NCBI GenBank assembly: GCA_023213395.1
Contig: CM041465.1
Coordinates: 204,111,741-204,175,740 of the forward strand
Direction: 5' to 3'
From: Cycas panzhihuaensis
Lineage: Eukaryota > Plantae > Cycadophyta
DNA: 64,000 nucleotides
The notes under the pieces were generated by a model. The model did not search any database. It was not told where the DNA came from and worked only from the letters and a program-made list of their open reading frames with translations. The stretch's first letter is position 1. Each line of letters opens with the position of its first letter. Of this stretch, positions 1 through 11,451 are shown piece after piece. A program made the translations under genes and the position numbers.

Positions 1-140
1 ATGAATGTTTATTAAAGGTAGAATTTGAAATAAATAGAAAAATACATGAAAATTTCCTAACTTCTAATTTTCCCCCCTATCCCAACCCTCACCCCTATCC
101 CCTTCCCAACCATATATCCCCCAAAATCAATCTGGGAGAT

Positions 141-1090
141 ATGGCCAATCTTCCTTCTAACCGTGAGGAAAATCCCACTCTTACCCTTACATTGGGTCAA
201 ACAACCGAGGTAAAAATTCCTTCCCTTACTTCAACCCCCCTTGATATCAACTCTCCAAATTCCCTCTTAGCCAACCCGCCAAGTGAAAGTGAGATAAAGG
301 GAAATCTCAAAGAGCTAAATGCAATACTACCCCAAATGGACCCATAAGAATCTCATCCTACAAACTTTATACCAGAAGATAAGACAGACTTGCAAAAGAA
401 CATGCCCATATTCCTAGGAGATAAGATGTAAAGCACTAACCATCTGATTCATTGCATGGAACATTGGTTGCAATTTAAGATTTTCAACAAAACTCAATGG
501 GTTTCTAATTTTGTGTTTACCTTACAAGACCAAGCATGGTGGTGGTACCTAGCCCACCACCATATCCTTAGAACATGGAGTGAATTACAATCTGCATTTC
601 GATTGAGATTTGATCCACCCCAAGGCCTACTCATTTCAGGATTTTTGATAGGGGAGTGTCCCAACCAACACCTTATCAAATGTAAATGCTTATGGAAACA
701 CTAGAGTATCCCCAAATTTCACTGGAGTCATTTATCCATTCACATGTTAGGCACATTAGCAAAGAAATGGTCCCTAAAACAAGAACAAATTAGGGTTGTA
801 TCTTGGGACCAGTTAGAGCATTCATTTGTGAAAACATTTTCTTACTCTTCAGATAATAAGGTGATACATAAAGTATTAAGAAGCATAAGGAACATTAGTA
901 TGGAAGTTGAAAATAATATCATGTCAATTGAAAACATTATGGATACAAAAAACAATGAGAATGAGGAGGAGGAGGAGAAGGAGAAAGAAGTTCCTAACTT
1001 TCCTCCAAAATACACAGAGTTGAAGTATGAACAACGGGATATAGAAGAGACTCCTAGCCATGAGCTAAGAGAAAAGAATCAGATACAACG
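141..1090 (+). pseudogene. gag: gag region of Gypsy element with two tandem capsid-like modules; in-frame stops
   Basis: ORFs 141-347, 456-704 and 744-1286 share one frame. The Retrotrans_gag-like motif TL...A..W......W..L...F...F occurs twice. Confidence 0.75.
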
Positions 1091-4000
1091 AGAGGAACCA
1101 AGAACAACCCAAATCAACCTCAATACCGAATCTGAACCAAAAAACATTACCATGCGGTATTATTGGGATGAAAAGATTGTGGTAGAAGCACAAGCCCTCT
1201 TTGAGGAACACAAGGATGTATTTGCATGGTCATACAAAGACCTTAAGGGAATTCCACTAAAATTGGAGTACACCACATCAATCTAATTGAAGGGGCAAAA
1301 CTAGTAAAGCAAAGACCTTACAGAATGAATGCTCATTACAACGAAAAAGTCAAGGCAAAGTTGGACAAAATGCTCAAAGCAAGCTACATTTATAAGATAG
1401 AGTATAGTGATTGGGTAAGCCCAATAGTAGTAGTCCCAAAGAAAAACGGAAAAATCTGGGTCTGTGTAGATTATCGACAACTCAACAAAGTAACTAAAAA
1501 GGATCCATTTTCCCTAGATTATCTTGTCGAACCAGGATGGCTTTGTCTAGGGAAGACAGATTATGAATGGTATAGTTGTTGTTCACGAAACGTTACACTC
1601 AACCCAGGTGAGGAAGAAGCCCAGTATGCTTATAAAAATTAATCTATTGAAAACCTATGATAGAGTCTCATGGGATTGTCTTATGGAGTGTATTAAAGCC
1701 TTTGGGTTCAGAAAGGTTTGGTGGGAATAGATGCATTTGTGCATATCCAAACCGCAATACTCTATTATCATTAACGACTTATCCTCGAGTTTCTTCCTGG
1801 GTCTTAGAGGGTTGAGAGAAGGAGATCCCCTATCTCCTTACCTATTCATAATCATGGCTGAATTGCTGGGTAGGGCCACAGAGGAGGCTAGAAGAATGGG
1901 AGTAAGTAACGGGGTGAAGCCTACCTCTGGTATCGATAATGTCGTGCACCACCAGTTTGTCGACGATAATATCTTCTTAGGGAAAGCAGCGGTAAGGGAA
2001 GCTCACAGCTTCAAGGAGGGCCTGGAAAGTTTCAAGAAGGCCACTAATCAAAAGATAAACCTCAACAAAAGTAGTGTTTTTTTCATAAACACGTTGAAGA
2101 GCACTCAAAGGAGGATCAACAATATTTTAGAGATGACAATTTGAAAGTTTCCCACCTCATACTTGGGTATGCCCTTGTTTGTGGGTAATATGACTAAGGA
2201 GATGTGGAATCCCCTAATAGGTAAGTTTCATAGAAAGTTGGCTAGGGGGAAGGGAGCTATCCTCAGCCAAGCCAGGAAAGTCCTTCTGGTTGCCACTTCC
2301 CTTCAGAGCATCATAGTGTACCTGATGTCCTTGTTCAAGATGCTGAGCTGGGTTTTAGCGGTGATGGAATCTATTCATAAGAGATTCCTCTAGTCCGGGG
2401 TGGAGGAGAAGGATAGGATTCACCTGGTGGGCTGGGACACGGTGTGCCTTCCAAAATGGGCAAGAGGTTTAAACCTTAGAAGACTCTCACTATTTAATAG
2501 TGCTCTGGTTGCAAAGACTGGCTAGCACTTGGTTAAAAAGGGTGGAGGTTTATGGGAAAGGATACTGACCCAAAAATACCTTTAGGGAGGGAATTTTTTT
2601 GATATAAACTTGGTGCCTTCCCATGGATTCCCCATTCGGAGGAGCATTATGAAATCTAGAGAAATGTTAAAGAATGGGACGCATTGGAAGCTGGGAGATG
2701 GGAAATCCATAAGCTTTTGGGAGGATGTCCGATGCGGTGACTCGAAGCTTAATAGTAGACCTAACCAGGCCCCCCTACAAATCCGGTGTGAGAGGTGGTA
2801 CAGGAGAAAGGTGAAAGACTATTGGATAGGAAAGGGTAGACACAGATGTTGGAGGAGTTTCAAGGAGCTTGAGGGGGAGGTTGTCTCCCAGGAGAGGATC
2901 GAAGCCCTGAGAATGGAAATTGATAGGTGCTATATTCCAAAAAAGGAGGAAGTTGATCTTATGGTATGGTCTTCATCTCACTCGGGTGAATATTCTGTGA
3001 AGTAGGGCTATCACCATTTATGCCTTGAAAGGGGGGATAAGAGGAACCCACTTTTGGAAGGGGTCTGGAAACTCGACCTGTATCTAAAGATCGCGGTGTT
3101 CTGGTGGGTTTGTTTGAAAAATAAAATTCCTACTATTGATAACCTTAGGAAGAGGGGGTTCGTCATGCCAAAAAGGTGTGTTCTTTGCTGGGTCCAGGAG
3201 GAATCGATAGATCATATCCTCCTTCACTGTGTTTTCACTAGGAAAGTGTGGAGGCCGGTCCTGGGCATGTTTGAGATTCAATGGATGAACTCTGGGACTC
3301 TAGTGGAGCAATGGCTATCTTGGTGTAACCCCTTCAGGAGCGGATCCTTAATTAACATATGGCGAGTCACCCTCCTAGTATTGATGTGGAACCTATGGAA
3401 AGAGAGGAACAGGAGGGTCTTTCAAGATAGACAATATGACAAATATAGAATCTCCAGCATCATACATACGGAAATACGGGAGATAGGGAAGCCTAAAGAT
3501 GAAAATATGTGTTGACTCAGGAAAGCTCCATCCTAAAAAAATGGGGGATTAATCCCAAGGTCCAAAAGGAGCATAGAAGGGTTTGTTCCTGGGCCCCTCC
3601 GGGAGATTTGTGGTTTAAAATTAACTTTGATGGGGCCGCTAAAGGAAACCTTGGGGAAGTTGGGGGAGGGGGCACTTGTAGAGACTCTAAAGGGGGTCTT
3701 AAGTGGGCCTTTGCCGAATATTATGGTCAGCAAACAAACCATGGAGCTAAGATGGAAGCTACGATGAAAGTTGTGGATTTGGCTATTGAGCAAGGCCATG
3801 AGAAGACAATATTAGAAGGGGATTCACTAAATGTGATTAATCTCCTCAAAGGGACAATGGATCTAGACTAGAGAACAAGATCTTTAATCAGGGATACGCA
3901 AGAAATTCTGAAAGGAGTTGAAGCTGTTCAACTCAAACATACTTATAAAGAGGGCAACAAGGTGGCAGACAAGCTGGCAAATTGGGGGGTTACTCACAGA

Positions 4001-6532
4001 AGATCTATGGTCTGGGAAGAGGATCTTCTAGGGGACATTTTGAGGATGGTTGTGGAGGAGGGGGTCCAAGAGAGGTACCAGAGCTAGCTTCCGGGCTTGT
4101 TGGGGTAGGAGGTGTTTGTGGTGGTTTAGCTAGGCCATGGGCTTGTCATGGCCATTTTGTTTCGTTTATGCCTAAGGGCCATCTGATGTATAAGGTTGTG
4201 GGATCCTATTAAAACCCATATTAATTCTTTTACCTTACCCAAAAAAAAAAAAACGATCCATTTCCCATCCCTTTCCCAGAAGATGTACTAGAAATAGTGG
4301 GTGGAAAAGAAATTTGCTCCTTTACAGATGGATTCAATGGGTATAACCAAGTGAGCATCACACAAGAAGATCAACCCAAAACAACTTTTGTAACTGAATG
4401 GGGTACTTATGCTTATCGAGAATGCTTTTTGGACTAACGAATGCACCAGCAACATTCTAGAGAATAGTTTTCAAAAAATTAGTGGGAGAAGCCATTGCAG
4501 TATGACTGGACACTATATGGAATATTGAAAAACCATATAGAAAATCTTAGAACAAAGTTGCAAACATGTCGAAAAAATAAACCATGTTTAAATCTGGAAA
4601 AATGCACTTTCCTAGTACCCTTTAGCCACTATCCTACATTATCCTCAACCCCAAAACCGAAAGCAAATCAAAGGATTCTTGGGATTAACAAGCTACTATC
4701 ACAAGTTGTAAAAGGATATGCACAGATATCTGGACCCTTGGAGTACTTATTAAAGAAGGAAGCAGACTAGGAATGAGGACCAGAACAACAAAAAGCATTG
4801 AAAACCTTAAAACAAGCAATAGCTTCAGCACCTGTACTACGATTTCCCGATTAGAACAAAAAATTCCACGTGCATATCGATGACTCCCAGTTTGCCATCG
4901 AATATGTTCTAACACAACCAGTAGAGAATAATATAGACCGACCCATTTACTTTGCAAATCGAAAGTTAACCAGAGCAGAAAGGAACTATACGACTATGAA
5001 AAGAGAAAGGTTAGGATGCCTTACAAAATTTTCGGCACCATCTCCATCCAATCCCTCCATATTTTATGTGGATCATCAAGCATTGATGTACTTGGTCAAT
5101 GAACCACTATTAGAAGGTCATATTAGTCGATGGCTAATGTTATTTCAAAGTTTAACTTTCGAATTGTGGTAAAACCCGAGAAAGCCCACATTATCCCAGA
5201 CCAACTCTCTCAAATTCACAATGGCAAAAAAGTTGTAGGGGTACTTGATGACTTTCCTGATACAACACTCTTCAATATTGAGGAAGTCCCTGTCGAATGG
5301 TACCAAGACATCATAGAGTTCCTAATCACAGGACAATGTCCTTAAAACTTGGATAAAGTACAAAAAAGGAACTTGATAAGAAAAGCAAAACCCTACCAGT
5401 TGATCGGAGGAGAGCTATATAGACTTGGACCCGACAACATTTTACGACGTTGTATTCGACTATATGAGGTAGAACAAATAATATCCCAAGCTCACGAAGG
5501 CATATCATGAGGACGTACTGGCATAAAAAACACTCAAAGAAAAATACTAACAACTAGATTCTGGTGGCCAACCCTATTTGAGGATGTGAAGGACTAAGTA
5601 AAAAAGTGTGATTATTGTCAAAGGGTTGGGAAGCCAAAACCTAAAGACTTCAACCCTTTAAACCCGATCCTTCCCCTAGCACCGTTTGAAATGGGGTTTA
5701 GATTTTATCGGACCAATAAAATTGGCAGCACAAAGAATGCAAGCCAAATATATTCTAATCGCCACAAATTATGCAACCAAGTGGGTAGAAGCTAGACTAT
5801 CACGCAAAGTTGATGCAACCAGTACTGCTCGATTCCTATGTGAAGTTATTATAACAAGATTTGGATGTCCCATTGAATTAATTAGCGACCAAGGGGCCCA
5901 CCTCCTAAACGAAGCAGTCAGGGAACTAACAAAAACTTTTCTTATTTCCCATCATAAATCTGCTACACCTTATAATCCTCAGGCAAATGGACAAGCAGAA
6001 AGTTCCAATAAAATTCTAGAAAATTATTTACAGAAAATATGTGATGTCGAAAGATCTGATTGGGCAGAAAAGATACCCTCAGTACTATGGGTATTCCGCA
6101 TAACTTACAAGCAAGCAACAAGGCAGACTCCATTCAAACTAGTCTATGGGACCGAAGCCATATTACCTATTGAATTTCAAATTCCAAGCCTGAGAATAGC
6201 ATTGGCTTGCCAATTAGATGATACAGAGTCCTTAAGAGAACCTCTATGGCAATTGATCTAATTAGGTGAAGACCAACATAGAGCAGAATGATTACAAGAA
6301 GTAGAAAAAACAAGAAAAAAGGCATGGCACAGCTGCCATTTGAGAGTACCACAATTCAAAGGAGATCAAGTTTTATTATATGACAGCAAATTCCGCACTC
6401 ATCCAAGGAAGTTGAAACTCTAATGGTTATGACCATATATATCCTAATGGATCTACGCAATTACAACAGATAAATGGATATACACAGCCCACTCTAGTCA
6501 AAGGCAACAGATTGAATCTCTACCACCATTAG
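1091..6532 (+). pseudogene. pol: Gypsy pol (RT, RNase H, integrase), frameshifted and split by the LINE at 1515-4253
   Basis: RT reads KKDPF at 1496-1514 and resumes KDPFPIPFPEDVLE after 4249. RNase H motif AERNYTTMKRE; integrase core 5686-6261. Confidence 0.9.
1515..4253 (+). mobile_element. 5'-truncated plant L1 LINE (RT, zf-RVT, C-terminal RNase H-like domain) with poly(A) and TSD
   Basis: Motifs GLREGDPLSPYLF, HQFVDD, CVLC..EESIDHILLHC and KINFDGAAKGN. A13 tail at 4241-4253. TSD aaaaaggatccattttccc (1496-1514) vs aaaaacgatccatttccc (4249-4266). Confidence 0.95.
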
Positions 6533-7284
6533 AGCACTATTCTAGTAGGAATCAACTGGATGTATATTATGAGTTGATTGAAGTTGCAGACAACAAAAGT
6601 TGTCTTAGTACCGAACCCAAGATTCTACACCAATGCATAAACAACAAGAAAAGTTACAAAAAAATTAAAGAATGGAAACAATCAACTATAACTCGCAAAA
6701 TCATATACTTAAGCAAGAGTTTTGGACAGAACAAAATACAAATCAGGCATTTGTTCCATAGAACTACACTATATGTTGCAAGTCTGGAATGCAAAGAGAA
6801 TGGATTAGTTAAAAAGAACTTAATAGACCAAGATACATTCTCAAATTGGAACAAAAATAGAACAAAACAGCTAAAAAGGACACAACAAATCAAGGATATA
6901 TTCCAAATCTAGAATGGAATGGAACGCGTTAGTAAAAATAGAACAAACAGACCAAAGTACAAGATACATTTCGAAAAGGGGATGCGAATGGAACATACCT
7001 AAAAGAAAAGGATAAAATAGTTGAAATTATACAACCATTCCACCAAAAGAACACATGTGAATGGACAGAGATCATGACCTAGACCTGGCACGGTATCAGC
7101 AAGTGATAAAGTGCCATGAAAAAGAAGGCAGTAAGCAAGCATTCCATCCTTCGTCCAAGATAGCAAACACACGGTTGTGATCTACATCCAAAATAGCAAA
7201 CGAACTAGGGTTGTAAGTCTTCTTGTATTTATTTTCAATATTAAACTTTCAATTGCCTACATTCCCTTCCTTTCTAGCCATAGG

Positions 7285-8369
7285 ATGAAGATTGCAGGGA
7301 TCCAAAAAACCTATCTACCAAAACTCCAAGTAGAGTTCGAAGAATTATCACCTTCTTTCCAAGATAAGATTAGACAAGCAGGATGGGGAGATTTTATTCT
7401 GATACGTCCATTATACTGGGATTTTGAGCTTTATGGAACAGATTATAGTGGCTCTAAAAGCAAACATGGGGAAACTTGAAGTGAGTTCAAAAGTAATTCA
7501 TTCTGTTACAGGGTTATCAAAAGAAGGGGAAGTTTCGACAGCCACAAAAAGGTCTGAGGTGGATCGAGAAATTTGGACGCGAGAACTATGTAATCCTGAT
7601 ACCCAAGTTTATTCGAAAGGGATTAAAATTGCAGATATCCGGGATAGGAGGTTACAATGGGCAGCAAAAATCATGGTGACCAGGTTTCTTTCAAAACAAA
7701 AACACACTTATATTCTGAGGTATGATGCCCATATTATCATCGTTACGTGATGGGGTTTGGATAAATTGGTGTTAATTCCTTGCAAATAACATAAAGCAGT
7801 AGTTTGGAGAATTACAAACTCACCCCCTTCATCAACCATCATTGTAATTGGCCCTCCTGTTTCAACAATGGTTGGATGCTAAGCCCCCATGCTTGCCTAT
7901 CAAATCAGGGGAACCTACAATTAAAAAATGGATAAACGCCATGCCTACTACTACTCAGGATCCAGCACTGAAAAGACAAGTGAAGGCAGAAATGACCAAA
8001 ATTCTGAGATGGATTCAGCATAAACCAAGGACTTCTTTTCCTATGGGACAAAAACAAGTTAATAAAAAGGGCATCAAGTGAAGTAGGGAACAACTTGACG
8101 AAGAAATTGTACCTGAAGAATGGAAGATGGAGCCTCTGCTTACATTAGTGACTGAACCTGGAGAAGGTTATTCTCAACAACCCTTTAGGGAAAAAGGGAA
8201 ACAAATTATCCAACTTCTACAAGAGCTGGAGAAGGGTTATAAATCAAAGATTGCAGATTTGTAGGAGAAAATAAAGGAAAAGGATGCTCTTATAGCCACC
8301 TTGACTCAGATCAATGAGGAATTGCTCCGAGCTAATGAGCCACCATGGGAACTGGAATTGCAGGAATAG
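7285..8369 (+). pseudogene. extra ORF downstream of pol with a coiled-coil-like C-terminus; frameshifted
   Basis: Consecutive sense ORF pieces 7285-7479, 7424-7750, 7848-8081 and a heptad-like tail (LQELEKGYKSKIADL*EKIKEKDALIATL), lying between the integrase stop and the PPT. Confidence 0.6.
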
Positions 8370-8826
8370 TCCTAATTCAAGGAGGGAAGAGAAAGAAGAA
8401 TACAAAATTTTTTTGAAATTTTGAATTTAAGCAAGGATGCTCAACCATTTTTGTTGACCCCGGATAGATGTTACGATCAAAATCAATGCTTGTGCACCCA
8501 AAGGTAGGAATGTATGGTCAACTTTGGTTTAATACGACTAATAAATGTAGGAGAACTATTCAACAAACATTTGGTATGAAGAACAAACGTGAAACCAGTA
8601 AACACAGTAGGCAAAACAGTATGAATCCTGTCATAGGAACACACTACAGAGACAGAACGCATGCAGCACAGTCAAGGAATGCACAAGGAACGGTTGTGGA
8701 ATAGACAAGGCAAAAAGGAGCCATATGGATCAAACTGTATGGACGCACATGTGGACTAACTAAACAATAGAATGGTTTAACTTAGGTTTTGTTATGAAGA
8801 GATATGCATTAAGAAAAAGGGACAAT

Positions 8827-9169
8827 TGTGACTCCTGGTCACAATCGTTCCTCAACAGGGACACATGGCCTATTTAAGCATGCCCAATCAATAGGATTGA
8901 TGTGAGAGTCGAGGAAAGTGATCTAGTTGGCCTAGTCTGGTATGGATAATCAACCCAGCATTGTATGGGAAGCACGATATGATGTAAACATTGATTACTA
9001 CTTAATGCAATTATAGAGTTACACAAAACTTATGTGCATGGATGTAATGATGAATGCATTATATTCTATTGTGTTTGTGATTATACCGTGGACTTATAAG
9101 GCATAATATAGTACATGAATGTGTATGTTGACCATAAGCACACCCTAAACTACAATGGAAACCTTGACA
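8827..9169 (+). repeat. probable 3' LTR of the first Gypsy, preceded by PPT at 8811-8822
   Basis: aagaaaaaggga, then TGTGA...TGACA. Unrelated minus-strand gag sequence starts immediately after. No partner LTR in the window. Confidence 0.6.
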
Positions 9170-10398
9170 AGTGAATATCTCAATAGGATAGATATAAAGT
9201 CAACAAAATTGACAAATCTCTTCCAGTGCCTGAAAAATTACCATGGGGTCACATAATTTCTAAAATCGATCAAGAAAATAAAGTTGTATTTGCTCCCATG
9301 TTAGATCCTGTATTGTAACATACCGGTACCATAATATGGCAAGTCCTCACAAAGTTGAAAAAACACTTGCTTTTATCTCCTCCACATCTAAGATCTTTTG
9401 AATCTTTAGCATGTTTGAAAATAATGTTAAATGGTCTCTAGGATCTCCTGATCCATCAAATTGCAAATTGCCAAAAGTTGCATTATTTTGTATAATTACA
9501 TAAGGAGTTGTAGGTTGGACCCCATCCATTGGTATTGGATTGCATGTTGGTCCTCCTAATGGTGGTACATTACCCCCCCCCCCCACCCCCAACCCTTTGA
9601 AACCTCTTCCTACCACAATTTTGGAGTTCACAATACTCCCTATTAGTCGATGACTGCCACTTTCTCCCATTAATGACTATATTGTTGTGCCTATTGTTTG
9701 AAATGGGCTACCTCCTCTAGGGTTTATAATATTCCCTATTGGTGGTTGACTGCCACTTCATCTGTCTAGAGAATTCCCTACTACACTTCCTACCTGGAAA
9801 GAGCTACCTCCTCTTAGAGGGGCATTGGTACCTAGCAATGGGTCGAACAAGATTGAACCAATAAATCTTTTGCGCATTCCTACGTACAAGAGGTTTTTGT
9901 GCTGAATGAAAGGGGTTGGCTCCTCTATGATGAGATGATCCAACCATCTATTGGAAGTGCTCCAATTTTCCACTGGCACGTGAATGCTCCCACTTTCAGA
10001 TGCATTAGGATTTGTTGACATATCTGTGTTTGATGATATTATTTGTTGGCTTCCTTCTCTTGCAAGGTCTTTCTCCAATGCACACCATTGATCTCTTTTT
10101 GAAATTCCTATGTCTATTCTTGTTTATGTTCCCACTTCTTTGAGTAAATTATTATCTTGAACTAGGGCTATTGTCTAGATGCATCTGTTTCTATAAACTT
10201 CATATCTTCTTTTATAACTTTTGGGGTCAGTTTTCTTTCTATAGTCAACCTTACAAGTGGTCTCCTCTTCACCGGCCTTCTTTGTGGAATAAAGAATCTA
10301 ACTCTGCGCATACCTCCTTGTGTCTTCTCGTTTGCCTAGTAGTCACTACGTTCTTGATGTGTTTCACTCTTCCTTGCGAAATTGTTCTTGGGTGGCAT
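9170..10398 (-). pseudogene. gag: gag relic of an older Gypsy element, truncated by the first Gypsy
   Basis: MPPK start at 10398, Gly/Pro-rich linker, and FDGSGDPRDHL...VFSTL.GLAILWY......LTWEQIQLYFLDRF motif. Confidence 0.75.
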
Positions 10399-10686
10399 CT
10401 CCTAACCTCTAATGTCCATATTATCTTTGTGTCTTCCTCCTAGGGTTCAATTGAAAAGCAACAAAACCAATGTGTGTTTTGCTATCTAACTCCTATCAAT
10501 AGGCTGAAAATGCCTTAAGCACAAGAACACATATATCAATCTCAGAATATGTATACCAAATTCAATGGAAACTAACTACTTCTTATTCATTGAAGTGAGA
10601 ACTATTATAATATAATGACTCCTTCATGTACTCTTAGGCACTTTACTCAAATAAAGTGCAAATGTATTTAAGTTATGACTTAATGT

Positions 10687-11449
10687 TGTAAGTCCTAATT
10701 GAGGGTTACCACCCCACTTTAGCCTCATAACTGTCCAATGAGATTTACATAATATGAGGCCCAATAAAGTGTGAGCATATGAGGTCCAACCCACATCCAC
10801 CTTTTGTAATGTGATAGACATCAAGCCCTCTATAAATTAAGGCCATGTCTACACTCATCAAAGTTGACAAGGTTGCATGTTTGCTGAGAGTCGAAGCTCT
10901 ATCAAAGTCCTGTACCAGTTATCAATTAATTTGATCTATTATTATTTTGGGTTAGAGCCAATTTCTAAGCCTCTTTCAACATATTGTGTTCATTTGAATG
11001 TGTTAGTGATATGTTTGATGAATGTATGTTTGTTGGATACTGAGACTAAAGATCCGAATGTTTGTTTCCAAGTGTTAGATTAATTCTAATTCTATCAAGA
11101 ACTACATCTGGTTTTCTCACAACCAGATGTAATTCTAAGACAATACAAAACATGGAATCAGAATCAAGAAGAGAAGTCAGCCAATTGTCGATACAAACAA
11201 CAAAAAGGAACAATTCCTAACATACAAGTATTCCTAACTATGATAGAAGTTCATTTTTATACATCAAAGAATTATAACTATCATGTAGTTATAATACGGT
11301 AAAAACAACTACTCATTATACAATTGATTTCGTAAAAAACAATTACAATCTTCATCCTAATTGTACTTCTAGTTACAATCCATTAACCGATTAGGGCCTT
11401 AATCATGATTATGATTGCAATCCTGATTATACACAAAATTCCCCTTCAA
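10687..11449. repeat. two opposed LTR-like relics (10687-11106 and 11128-~11435) with a reverse PPT at 11438-11449
   Basis: TGTA...TACA termini, TATAAA at 10831, and attccccttcaa. No partner copies or TSD found. Confidence 0.35.
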
Positions 11450-11451
11450 CA

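Larger units (their letters stand above)
1..9169 (+). mobile_element. Ty3/Gypsy LTR retrotransposon, non-chromovirus (Athila/Tat-like), decayed; 5' LTR outside window; interrupted by a LINE
   Basis: Order is gag-RT-RNaseH-integrase-extra ORF-PPT-LTR. RT motifs WVSPIVVVPKKNGKIWVCVDYRQLN and DGFNGYNQV; integrase WGLDFIGP and PYNPQANGQAE. No chromodomain seen. Confidence 0.9.

Noticed and set aside
6574-6912. Lys-rich 112-aa ORF
   Set aside because: A-rich UTR composition; no recognisable motif.
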